Of a stretch of DNA of 64,000 bases, positions 23,387 to 33,100 are shown piece after piece. The DNA comes from Blepharisma stoltei ATCC 30299 (taxonomy: Eukaryota; Protista; Ciliophora), in contig CBFDEM010000005.1 of assembly GCA_965603825.1 (NCBI GenBank), forward strand, positions 1-64,000, in the 5' to 3' direction. Position 1 is the stretch's first letter, and every line of letters starts with the position of its first letter. The translations under genes and the position numbers were made by a program. Below the pieces are notes generated by a model that saw only the letters and a list, made by a program, of their open reading frames with translations, ran no database searches and was not told where the DNA came from.

Positions 23387-23406
23387 TTTAATAATTTTTA
23401 TTAGAC

Positions 23407-24228
23407 TTAGCTACTTGATTTAACTGCTTTAGGCCCTATGATAGGTTGGATCTCTGATATCAAATTATGCTTCCACACGTCGTAAATTAATGTAATCAAT
23501 CCTACCCCTTCGTCACAAAGAATCACAAGCAAAGCTATTTTTGTGTTAGAATGATAGACAATTAAAGCAGAAAGCAATAAAAACCCAATTGATAAAGCCC
23601 CAGATAAAAATTTAGCCAGCCCCAGCAAGCATATAACCGGCTTTTCTCCAAGTCTGGATTTCATAACGTGCTGATTGAAAATCAGCAAATAAAGTAAAGC
23701 TCCTCCACAAAGGCTGACAAAGAACATCATCTGGATAATCATAAAATACCCATACCTCATAAGCAAATTATCATCCATGCACATTTTGTAGTCATCTATA
23801 AGCGCTGGGTAGCTAAGAGGTGAGATTATCAATAAAGAAACCAGAGCTAGGAGTTCCACCACAATATGTCGTTTTAAGTTTTGCTTATCATTAGGATCTT
23901 TAATTACATAATACCAATATACAATAGAGCCTATAGCACAAGTAACCATAAGTATATAGTCACAAAATGCAAACCCTAAGACATACCACGTATTGATGTC
24001 ATTCGCAAATTTCATTCGGTCTTCGGCATCCTTATAATCCATATAAAGCGTGCACGTGAAATTTCCTGATTCTTCTGCAATTACTGTGGAATAGTTCGTA
24101 TAGTTCACCACTTCATATTCAGGCCGCTCAGCATAGTTTATCCATGCAATTGGGTATGTAAAAAAGATATAAAAGGTGGAAAAAGTAGCCGCAGAATACG
24201 CTATAGATAGGAGCGTGGGCCCTTTCAT
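23407..24228 (-). CDS. Multipass membrane protein (~6 TM), 273 aa, unknown
   Basis: Uninterrupted ORF with several hydrophobic helices. Confidence 0.75.
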   Translation of the reverse strand: MKGPTLLSIAYSAATFSTFYIFFTYPIAWINYAERPEYEVVNYTNYSTVIAEESGNFTCTLYMDYKDAEDRMKFANDINTWYVLGFAFCDYILMVTCAIGSIVYWYYVIKDPNDKQNLKRHIVVELLALVSLLIISPLSYPALIDDYKMCMDDNLLMRYGYFMIIQMMFFVSLCGGALLYLLIFNQHVMKSRLGEKPVICLLGLAKFLSGALSIGFLLLSALIVYHSNTKIALLVILCDEGVGLITLIYDVWKHNLISEIQPIIGPKAVKSSS

Positions 24229-24253
24229 ATTTATAGAGGAACAAGACTATTTA

Positions 24254-25933
24254 TTAATGCTTTTCTGTCTTTCTGCTGAATCAACTTGATTTTTTGCCTT
24301 TTTTGGCGTCGTGGTACATTTTTTGATACATGTCTCGGTCTGTAGCTGCTTCTGCATATTTCAAGTTGGCTTGGATTGCAATTGCTTCAGTTTCTTCAAG
24401 ATTGGCCCTTAAGCTGTTATTTTCTTCAGCCCACACTTGTTTTGAAAGTAAGAGCTCGGTTTCCAAGCGTCTTTTTTCAGCTAAAAGTCCTTGATATTCA
24501 GGAGAATTTTTCATTAAATTTGTAGAGAGCTCTTCAACTTGGCGTTTTAATGAATAAATTTCTGATTTTAGAAATGTGATTTGGGCCTCCTTTTCTGAGA
24601 TTTCAGCAATGTATTTTTCGTCTCTTCTGAAATCAAATGCGCTGCCTTTGGGGGTGCTTCGCCTAGAAATTCTTTCGTTTAGCTGGCTAAGCTCGTCTGC
24701 GAGAGAAGGGTCTGCATTAAGTGATGGATTCAGTGAAAGTCTTTGCAGTTCCTGCTGGTCTTTAAGTTCTTGGAGCTCATTTTCAAGCTCAGACTTTTCT
24801 TGTTTTAGTTTGTAAACTAAAGCTTGAAATTCATTTAATTGCTCTTCTCTAGCTTTATTTTTGGCGATTTCTTGGGATGAGGTCTCATTTCTGAGTTTTT
24901 CAAGCTCGTCTTTTAGAATTGATAAGCTGTCGTTTAGGACTTTTTTTTCTTTTTCCAAGGCTTCAGTTTTTCTGTTATTTTCACTCTGAATTTTTTTGAT
25001 TTCTTCTTGGAGTGCTTCATTTAGATCACTTGCACTTTTTTCTTGTTTTGAAACTTGTTTTAATTGGCTTTGCAAAGTATTGCACAATTTTTTCAAGCTT
25101 TCAAGCTCCTGTTGATTTGCGTCTTTTACGTCCTCTGTCACTCAAGAGATTTCTGTTTCCAAATTATGGATAGTTTTTTCATGTGACAGTAATCCTTTTC
25201 TAAGCTCAGAATTTTCATGCTCAACATTTTTATACCTTTCTTCGAGGTGGCTCAGCTGGTCTCTAATTTCTTCATTCAGTTCTAAAGCTTCATTTAGCCT
25301 GTCACTCATCTTCCTAAGTTCTTTTTTTCTGCTGTTTAATGCATCTTCTAAGTTAAAGTTTGTGTTTTTAAGTGTCTCTATTTCGTCTTCATATTTTTCT
25401 TTGATATCTGCTAACTCTTTGTGTTTTTCTGTCAGCTGTATATCAAATCCTTCCAAAATGGCTTTCATCTCATCATTTTCGCTTTTAAGCTTTTCATTTT
25501 CAAAGCTCAAAAGCTTATTTGACCCTAGCGAAACTTCTTGAAACTCTTTCAGTTCTTCCTTCAATTTCTCGTTTTCTTCTTGCAAGTCATAAATAGTCGA
25601 ATCTTTGGTTGTGTAGTTTTGCAATGTGTGGTCTTTTAGTCCTTCAATTTCTTTTTCTAAGGACAGAACTTTTGACTGAAGAATTGTGTTTTCTAGCTGA
25701 AGGGCGGAAGCGTCTGATGGGGCTCCATTTGATAAAGATTTTTCAAGATGGTCACTTTTTTCTTTTTCTGCTGTAAGTTGTGCTTGAAGCTTCGAAATTT
25801 CTGCTGCACTTTCACGCTGGAGGGTGCGGAGTTTTTGGTCAAGAGTGAGCACTTTTTGCCGCTCTTGAGAAAGTTGGGATCGGAGCTATGTGAGAATTAC
25901 TTCAAGCAGTGCAGGCTGCAATTCTTCGTCCAT
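24254..25933 (-). CDS. Long coiled-coil protein, 554 aa, one intron
   Basis: MDEELQPALLE|LRSQLSQERQK; intron 25886-25900; UGA at 25142 and 24281; TAA at 24254; heptad-rich E/K/L composition. Confidence 0.82.
25886..25900 (-). other. 15-nt intron GTAATTCTCACATAG
   Basis: GT..AG, A10, phase 0, in-frame TAG if retained. Confidence 0.82.
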
Positions 25934-25998
25934 TTATCAAATTAAAAGTAATTACTTTGAAAATTTGCTGTGGGTTTATAATAAGAGTAGAGGAGTTT

Positions 25999-26514
25999 TT
26001 AATTGGAGTAAGAGTACCAATTGTCTTCAATGAGCGATCTTGTGTAGAAATGTCATGAGTCCACCCTTCTGCCTTCTTTATTTGAAATTTTTACTTTTGC
26101 ATATAATTTACTGCACAGTTTCGCGCCTTCTTCTCTTGTGGTTTCATCTAAGTCCTTAATATTTCTCATTTCTGCCTTGCAGGCACTAATTAATGATCTT
26201 GCTTCTGCGTCATTGCTTTTATGCAATCCGCTTCTAAAATCTTCCCTTCATTTTACTTCTCTTTCCAAGCTCCCTCTCAGGTCTTCTTCTGATTTAATCA
26301 AATTTCTGCACACTCTGATTTGGTCTGTATGCTTTTCATATAAAACATTGACTGAGTTATCCTTATAGCAAAATACTAAATTTCTCGTAAAATAAACTTT
26401 AGGCTTTTCTGAAAGCCCTTCTAAGACCTCATCTGCAATTTTCTGCATGTTTTGTGTGCTTGTATAGGGAAACTGTGCAGCCTGTTTGACTTTTCTATTA
26501 ATATAAGTGAACAT
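25999..26514 (-). CDS. ATP23 (peptidase M76)-like protein with degenerate metal-binding motif, 171 aa
   Basis: ORF extends through two UGA to TAA 25999. DQIRVCRNLIKSEEDLRGSLEREVKWREDFR..ARSLISAC aligns by eye to the ATP23 pattern IxxCxN..LxxxLxHELIHAYD..ACSEIRA. Confidence 0.55.
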
Positions 26515-26540
26515 AATGCTTATTATTATTATTATTATTT

Positions 26541-27584
26541 TTAACTAAGGGCGTCTCTTCTTTCTTCAACTAGCTCTCTAGCAGTGGCACAAATTTTTTC
26601 TTGCGAAAATTGGTCGAGTGTTAAGTCTCTGATGATGGTCCAGGTCCAGTTTTCACATACAACTGGGTATGAAAATACAAGGCCAGGCGGCACCCCGTAA
26701 GCTCCATCACTGACAACACCCATGCTGACCCATCTGCCGTTAGTTCCTAAGCACCAATCTCTTACGTGATCAATTGCAGCACTTGCAGCTGACATTGCGC
26801 TTGATAGCTTTCTTGCTTTTATTACAGCAGCACCCCTCTGTTGGACATCAGCAATAAATTTTCCATTTAACCAATTATTGTCAGCGATTTTTTCTCTAAT
26901 TGGCTTGCTAGTGATAGTCTCGTCAACTTTTGTAGCAATTTGACCATGATTAACGTCTGGGTATTGAGTAGAACTGTGGTTTCCCCAGATAATCACTCTT
27001 GAAATGTGGGCAACGTTCATTTTTGCTCTTGCAGCAATTTGCCAAACTGCTCTGTTTTGGTCAAGTCTAGTCAGGGCAGTGAAATTTTCTTTAGGAATCC
27101 TTGAAGCAAAAGTAGAAAGTGCCAAGCAATTAGTATTTGCAGGATTTGCAACGACTAAGCATTTTGTTGTAGGTTTTCCAACTAGATTTAAGGCTTCCCC
27201 TTGTGTCTTGAAAATTTGGCAATTCTTTCCGATCAGTTCTTTACGTTCCATACCTGCTTTTCTTGGAAATCCTCCTAAAAATATGATCAAGTCTGCATCT
27301 TTGAAAAGGACTGCAGGGTCAGATCCATAGGAAATCTTATAAAATAAAGGATAGGCGCAGTCTTGCAATTCCATGACGACACCTTCTAAAGCTCCTTGTG
27401 CTTGAGGAATTTCAAGAAGTCTTAAATCAATAAGCTGATCTGTGCCAAGGGCAAGTCCACGTCCGAGCATAGGGAGTAAAGAATAAGCAATTTGTCCAGC
27501 AGCTCCGGTTACACAGACTACCATTGGGTCCTTAAGTCTTAAGTGATGCTCAATTGTGCGAAATCTCTTGCTTGGACTAGCCAT
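26541..27584 (-). CDS. MDH: Malate dehydrogenase (MDH1/cytosolic-type fold) with N-terminal PTS2-like extension, 347 aa
   Basis: VTGAAGQIAYSL, MELQDCAYPL, FPRKAGMERKEL, VVANPANTN, TRLDQNRA, IWGNHSSTQYPD, RKLSSAMSAA. Confidence 0.96.
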   Translation of the reverse strand: MASPSKRFRTIEHHLRLKDPMVVCVTGAAGQIAYSLLPMLGRGLALGTDQLIDLRLLEIPQAQGALEGVVMELQDCAYPLFYKISYGSDPAVLFKDADLIIFLGGFPRKAGMERKELIGKNCQIFKTQGEALNLVGKPTTKCLVVANPANTNCLALSTFASRIPKENFTALTRLDQNRAVWQIAARAKMNVAHISRVIIWGNHSSTQYPDVNHGQIATKVDETITSKPIREKIADNNWLNGKFIADVQQRGAAVIKARKLSSAMSAASAAIDHVRDWCLGTNGRWVSMGVVSDGAYGVPPGLVFSYPVVCENWTWTIIRDLTLDQFSQEKICATARELVEERRDALS

Positions 27585-27778
27585 ATTATTACGTCATTAA
27601 GAAAAATTGTCACATAGATTTCGATATTAAATTGCTTGTTAATTGGAAAAGAACTAGTTAAGAGAAATAAATTTGTAAAATTTCAATTTGAAGGTCTTTG
27701 ATAAGAATAATAGCTGAGCTTTTATAAAGCCAATATTTATAGAAAAAGATAACTGAAAGTCAAGTTATTGATAATTCA

Positions 27779-28513
27779 TTAGATTACTTGTAATTCAATC
27801 CAAAGCCATGGTCCAAAAGCTGACCCTTTTTCAGTTAAGCGCCAGATTGAAGAGCACCATCCTTTTCCAGGCGCCTTCAGCCCTTCCACTTTTGCAGTCG
27901 CTTGGGTTCTTTCTACAGCTACTTTAAATTGTTTTCCTTTAAAAGCTCCGTCCACACATTCAATATAAAGATTTACGCCTTCAGTGTTTATTAATTCAAG
28001 ATTCCAGGTCTTGCTTATTGTAAAATTAGATTTAACCTTGGTTCCGTCTTCGCAGCCTGATGATGAGATTATTGCAAAATCAGGCTTTTTACTGTCGATT
28101 TCAATTTTCGCTTCATCGATGTTGCTGATATTTTTTGCTTGATCAAAGGCCGGTAAAAGCACTGGAGAAGTAAATGAAGGCTCGTAATCTATGGCTGCTT
28201 GAGAAAATTGAGGTGGCTGAAAGGATTGAGGCATTATGCGGGGTGCTTGAAGCAGTTGGGCTGATGGAGCTTCGCCTATTGTGGTGAAGGCAAGAGTGAT
28301 TGATTTTTTATTTGTTTCCACTGAATATTCTTTGAGACGTTGAAGATCTTCGTTGGAGAGAATGGGAATTGCTTCGATTTCTGAGTTTTCTTGGATAAGG
28401 ACATAGACGTTGTTAGGGATTTGCTTCTTTTGTTTAACGATGTCACGCTTTATGCTTTCCAAATCAGGGTAGGAAGCTATGTCATCAGCTGAAAAGGACT
28501 GTAATGTCGTCAT
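27779..28513 (-). CDS. PB1-like + FW (NBR1 Ig-like) domain protein, 244 aa
   Basis: N-terminal IPILSNEDL (PB1-like); C-terminal ISKTWNL..LKAPGKG..SIWRLT..FGPWLWIELQV matches the NBR1 FW-domain pattern. Confidence 0.7.
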   Translation of the reverse strand: MTTLQSFSADDIASYPDLESIKRDIVKQKKQIPNNVYVLIQENSEIEAIPILSNEDLQRLKEYSVETNKKSITLAFTTIGEAPSAQLLQAPRIMPQSFQPPQFSQAAIDYEPSFTSPVLLPAFDQAKNISNIDEAKIEIDSKKPDFAIISSSGCEDGTKVKSNFTISKTWNLELINTEGVNLYIECVDGAFKGKQFKVAVERTQATAKVEGLKAPGKGWCSSIWRLTEKGSAFGPWLWIELQVI

Positions 28514-28860
28514 ATTGATTTAGAAATCTATAAATTTTATGATATTAAGATCATAAAAAACTAGATAAATCCATTGGATTTTCTTTCAGCTTGAAATCAA
28601 TATTCTCTTGTTGGTGATAGACAAAAGCAATTGAATAACTTTTAATTTATAATATGCAATAAAATTAAAAAACTAAATTAGGCTAGCCTTTAAGACCACG
28701 ATTTAAATGAAGAAATTCAATTTTTTGCATTAATAAAAATGAAAGAAAAGCGAGTGCTTAAATTCCTGATGATATGAGAGATTAAATGATCTCATCAATT
28801 TATTTCCTCACATTTTCTTCATTATTTTCCAAAAAACGAACTTTATATTTTAGTATAGAA

Positions 28861-29136
28861 ATGGGAGGAACAGGGAGTATAAACTGCGGATGTTTCGCTG
28901 TTATTAGTTCAGCTTGCAAAGGAGTCAGCTCATATTTGCATCCGAAGCCTAGCTATGAAAAGCTTTCAATACTGGAAGAAGATAACATTTATCCAGCTGG
29001 GCTTCTTTCAGATCAAGAAATCCAAAAACTTCTAAATGAGAGTTTAGATATCTATGGGTCCTGCAAAGATGCTAAAACTAGTCAAGAGCTCCCTAAAATT
29101 GAAGAATGCACAACAAATTTTGATAATTCTTATTAA
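28861..29136 (+). CDS. Small putatively myristoylated/palmitoylated protein, 91 aa
   Basis: MGGTGSINCGCF N-terminus; start placed at 28861 because the upstream part of the track ORF is AT-rich leader-like. Confidence 0.55.
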   Translation: MGGTGSINCGCFAVISSACKGVSSYLHPKPSYEKLSILEEDNIYPAGLLSDQEIQKLLNESLDIYGSCKDAKTSQELPKIEECTTNFDNSY

Positions 29137-29410
29137 TTTGGCACAATTAAATAGCTTGGAAAATATTGGAGACACTTGAGAATGTAATCAGCTTTTTTGG
29201 ATATTTTAGTTTTCCTAAAATATTTTGGTAGGGTCTTCTATGAAGTTTCCATAAATTAACGCATTTCCAATACAGCATAAATAATCATCTCTTACACCTA
29301 TTAGAAAATATTTTTTTATAAAACTCCAACTTTCTTCTTAAATTAAATTTCTGTCACCAAAATAAACTTTTCTTATTATTCCAGAAATTTGATAAATAAT
29401 AAAAACTACT

Positions 29411-29773
29411 ATGAAGCTTTTATATTGTTTATGCTTCTCCTGTTTTGATGAACCAAAAAATGATCAGCCTGAAGAACAACAAATTGCCCCTCCGATTGAT
29501 CAAAGTCAAATTGAAAATAAAAGTGCAGATGCCTTTAATGTAAAAGTAGCAAACGATAATGGCAGCAATGCATCATCAGATCATTCCAATTTGGCAATTT
29601 CAAGCATTGAAGTATCGAATGTTTCCAAACGAGACGTTGTAGAGGACCGGAGGGCTTCAGCTCCGATCTACCATAATGGAATTGCGTTTACTTCCGATGG
29701 GTATAAAAGAAAAAAGTACATTAAGCATAGCAATCGAAGGATGAGCGAAGATTTCAAATCAGGGATGGATTAA
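29411..29773 (+). CDS. Small hypothetical protein with N-terminal Cys cluster, 120 aa
   Basis: MKLLYCLCFSCF followed by a disordered region; ATG-TAA ORF. Confidence 0.6.
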   Translation: MKLLYCLCFSCFDEPKNDQPEEQQIAPPIDQSQIENKSADAFNVKVANDNGSNASSDHSNLAISSIEVSNVSKRDVVEDRRASAPIYHNGIAFTSDGYKRKKYIKHSNRRMSEDFKSGMD

Positions 29774-30160
29774 ATCATACACCCAAGGAAAATGATAAGT
29801 TGTAAATAACTATGCAAATAAATTTGGATTGGGATTAATTGGCATAAAAAAATGATTTAATTGTTAAAGAAATCGGTTATGGAAATTTTACTGCTAAGTG
29901 CAGGCTTCAACATGAAAGCAAGATGGCTCGATTATCAAAATCAAGTTAAAAGAGCTTAATTTCAATTCAATAGATTGAGTTTAGATGGTAGATTCGCTCT
30001 TAGAGTTAATAAAAAAATAAAAATTTATTAATATGAAATCATAAATTAATTATATACTACTTAAAGCTCTAAGAATTAATAAGCCACAAAGCATAAAGAA
30101 TTACATTATTTTCTATTAAGACAAGTTAAATAAATTGAAAAAATTATAAATTAAAATAGC

Positions 30161-33100
30161 TTAGTTGACTTTAATATTGCTCAAGGTCTGTCTTATAATT
30201 GGATTCGATTTATCACTTTCTTTAAGAGAGCAAGGACTAATTGTAATTGTTTGAGACACATCTCTCGTCTTATAGACACCAATAAGTCTATCAGCAAGCT
30301 CAAACATTTGATACCTCAGTGACACAATAATAAACTGTGCATTTTTCGTCCTATCTTTAATATAGTTGGCTATCACACTGACATTCTGAAAATCAAGGGC
30401 AGCATCCACTTCATCCATCACATAAAGGGCATTTGGCTTATAATGATGTAGTGCAAAGACCAATGAAAGAGAGCTCAATGTTTTTTCACCTCCACTTAAA
30501 TTTGCCATTTTCTTCCAAGACTTGTTTGGAGGCCTCACAGTAAATACAATTCCTTCTGAAAATGGGTCAGTTGAGTCTGCAAATTCAAGCTCAGCGTCTC
30601 CTCCTCTTGTGATCATTCTGTACATTTCTCGTAATTTTTGAGAAATCATAGTAAAGCCTGTGTTGAATTCTTGAAGTCTTCGGCCAGTAAGGTCTGAGTA
30701 TTTTTTCCTTAATTCAGCTTCCCTGAGCTTTACTTGGTAAAATTCGTCTTCTTTTCCTTTTTTGTCTTCAACTCGGGCTCTGTATTCCTGAATGACTCCT
30801 AAATTCGGCCTGGCTGCAGTAAGATCTTCTTGGACTTTTACTTCTAATTTTTTAATCGTTTCCAGCTTGCTGTACAAGTTTTCCATTTCTTCTTTAGTAA
30901 AGTCTTTATTGACTGGAAATCTCAGCATTTTCCTTTCTTCATCCTTTTTGCCTCTTTTCCTAGGATTTTCAACATCTTCTTCAGTGTCTTCTTTTTCTTC
31001 GACGATTTCCATGGCTATTCCTAGCACATCTTGATATTCGTTGACCAATTCTTGATAATCTTTTCTATTTTTTTCTATTCTTGCATCCCATTTATTGATC
31101 TCGTTTTGTATTTGTGCGAGGTTTGCGACTTCGTCTTTTCTTTGCAATTTCAATTTATTTCTTTTTTCTAAAATTTCGTCAAATTCTTTCTTCATTTCTG
31201 CTTGTTGGCGATTTAGTTCAGTTAAAGTTTTTTCAAGGGCTGCTTTTACAATTTTGGCTTCTTCATGCAGTTTTATGGCTTCTAGCGCTTTTTGCTCGAT
31301 AATCTCACTTTCTTCTTTAAGCTGAACAAATTTCTGATCCAGCTCAGTTTTAGTGCTTTCAAGCTCATTGAGCTTTTTTTGGACTTTATCAAAATCTTTT
31401 TTGCATTGTATAAGCTTCTTGTTCTGCTTTTCGGCCTCAGTCTTTAAATGCTCTTCAGCTTCATATAAATGATGCCTCCTCTTTTTTAGTTCTTTAAAAT
31501 CCTCACCTCCAAACTCATCAATTTCTTTTTCAGTTTTTTCGATTTGGTTTTGTATATTTTCTATTACTTTTAATATTTTGACTAAGGCTTGTTCATTTTT
31601 CTTTTCGATTTCTCTGAGCTCAGCTAATTCTTTGTCTTGGTTTATTTGGGATTTTGACGTGAGCTCTGCTTGCCTTGATATCAATTTTTCTAGTCTTTCT
31701 CTGAGACCTTCACAATCGTTTTTCATTATTTGCAGGTTATGCAATGATTGGTCTTTTTCTTTTCTTTCTGCAGCGATTTCTGATTGAAATTGTTTAACTT
31801 TGGCATTCATGTCGTTGACTTGAAGGGTTAACTGCCGAATGGTTTCTTGTAAAGCTCCTATATCATTTTGAGAAAAACTGATTCTATGGTAATTTTGCTG
31901 CTGAACACACATTAGTCCACTTTTAGGCTTAGCAAAGCCTTGCATTTCTCCTGATGGATTAATGATTTCTCCTGTGAGGGTAACAACCCTGTATCTTTTT
32001 TGTCCTCCAAATGCAATTCTTCTGGCATCGTCCATTGTTTCAGTGACAAGAGTATCACTCATTGCATAATAAAATGCAGCTTCTAAATTTATGTCATCAA
32101 ATTTTATGATATCAAAAAGCCTCAGTGCTCTGGCGTCTGGGCTTTCAAACGGCGCTCTCGCACGCTGTTCCCACTGCTGCTTAACTTTATCCAAAACAAT
32201 GACATTAATCCTTCCTAAGTTCCTATTTCTTACAAACTCTATAAGTTTTTCTGCGTCTTGAACAGTTTCTGCCACAATATTATCAAGCCTTGCAGCGGCT
32301 GATGAGACTGCTACATCATATTTGCTATCAATAACCCCTAAGTCTCCAAGTCTTCCTAAAATCCCCCCCAATTCCCCAGTCCTTTTTGCTGTATTAATAT
32401 CTTGAATCAGTTTACTTTTCCCTTCAGCTTTTCTCTCATTTTCCTCTATATCTTGAAGCTGTTTTTTTGACAGAGCCAATTGTTTTTTCGCTATATCTAA
32501 ATCCCTAAATAATTCTTCATAACTTTCTTTTTTATTCTTCACTTCTTCTTGTACAGCCTCAAATCTCCTTTCCAGCTCCTGGAGTTCTTTGTTTTTTATT
32601 TCTAAATTTTCCTGGCATGATTCTATGTCATTTTCAATGGTTTTTCTTTCTTCATCTTCTTGTGCTCTTTCTGATAATAAAAACTCGATTTTTTGTTTGT
32701 TGACTTCTTTTCTGCCGAGGATGTCATCATGCTGCTTTTTGCATGGGACAAGGTCTTTTTCGAAAGCCATTTTTCGCCTTTGCATTTCTTCGGTTGCACT
32801 TATGATTTCAGCATTTCTTGCGTTGTACTCAGCTTCTACAGCTTCTTTGTCTCTGAGTGTTTCTTGTAAGGAATTTACTACAGCTGGAATAGCTTGATAG
32901 AGCTCTTCTAAGGTTTCTCTTATGCCATCTTTTCTTTTATTCTCAGCTGCGATGTTTTTATAAGTGTCTTCTTGTTTCTTTTCGATACCTTTTTTATTTT
33001 CTTCTACTTGATCATATTTTCTAGACATTTCTTCTACGTCTTCTTTTAATTTTTTTTCATTTTTTACATAAGTAATGTATTCTTGCTGCTTTGATTGGTA

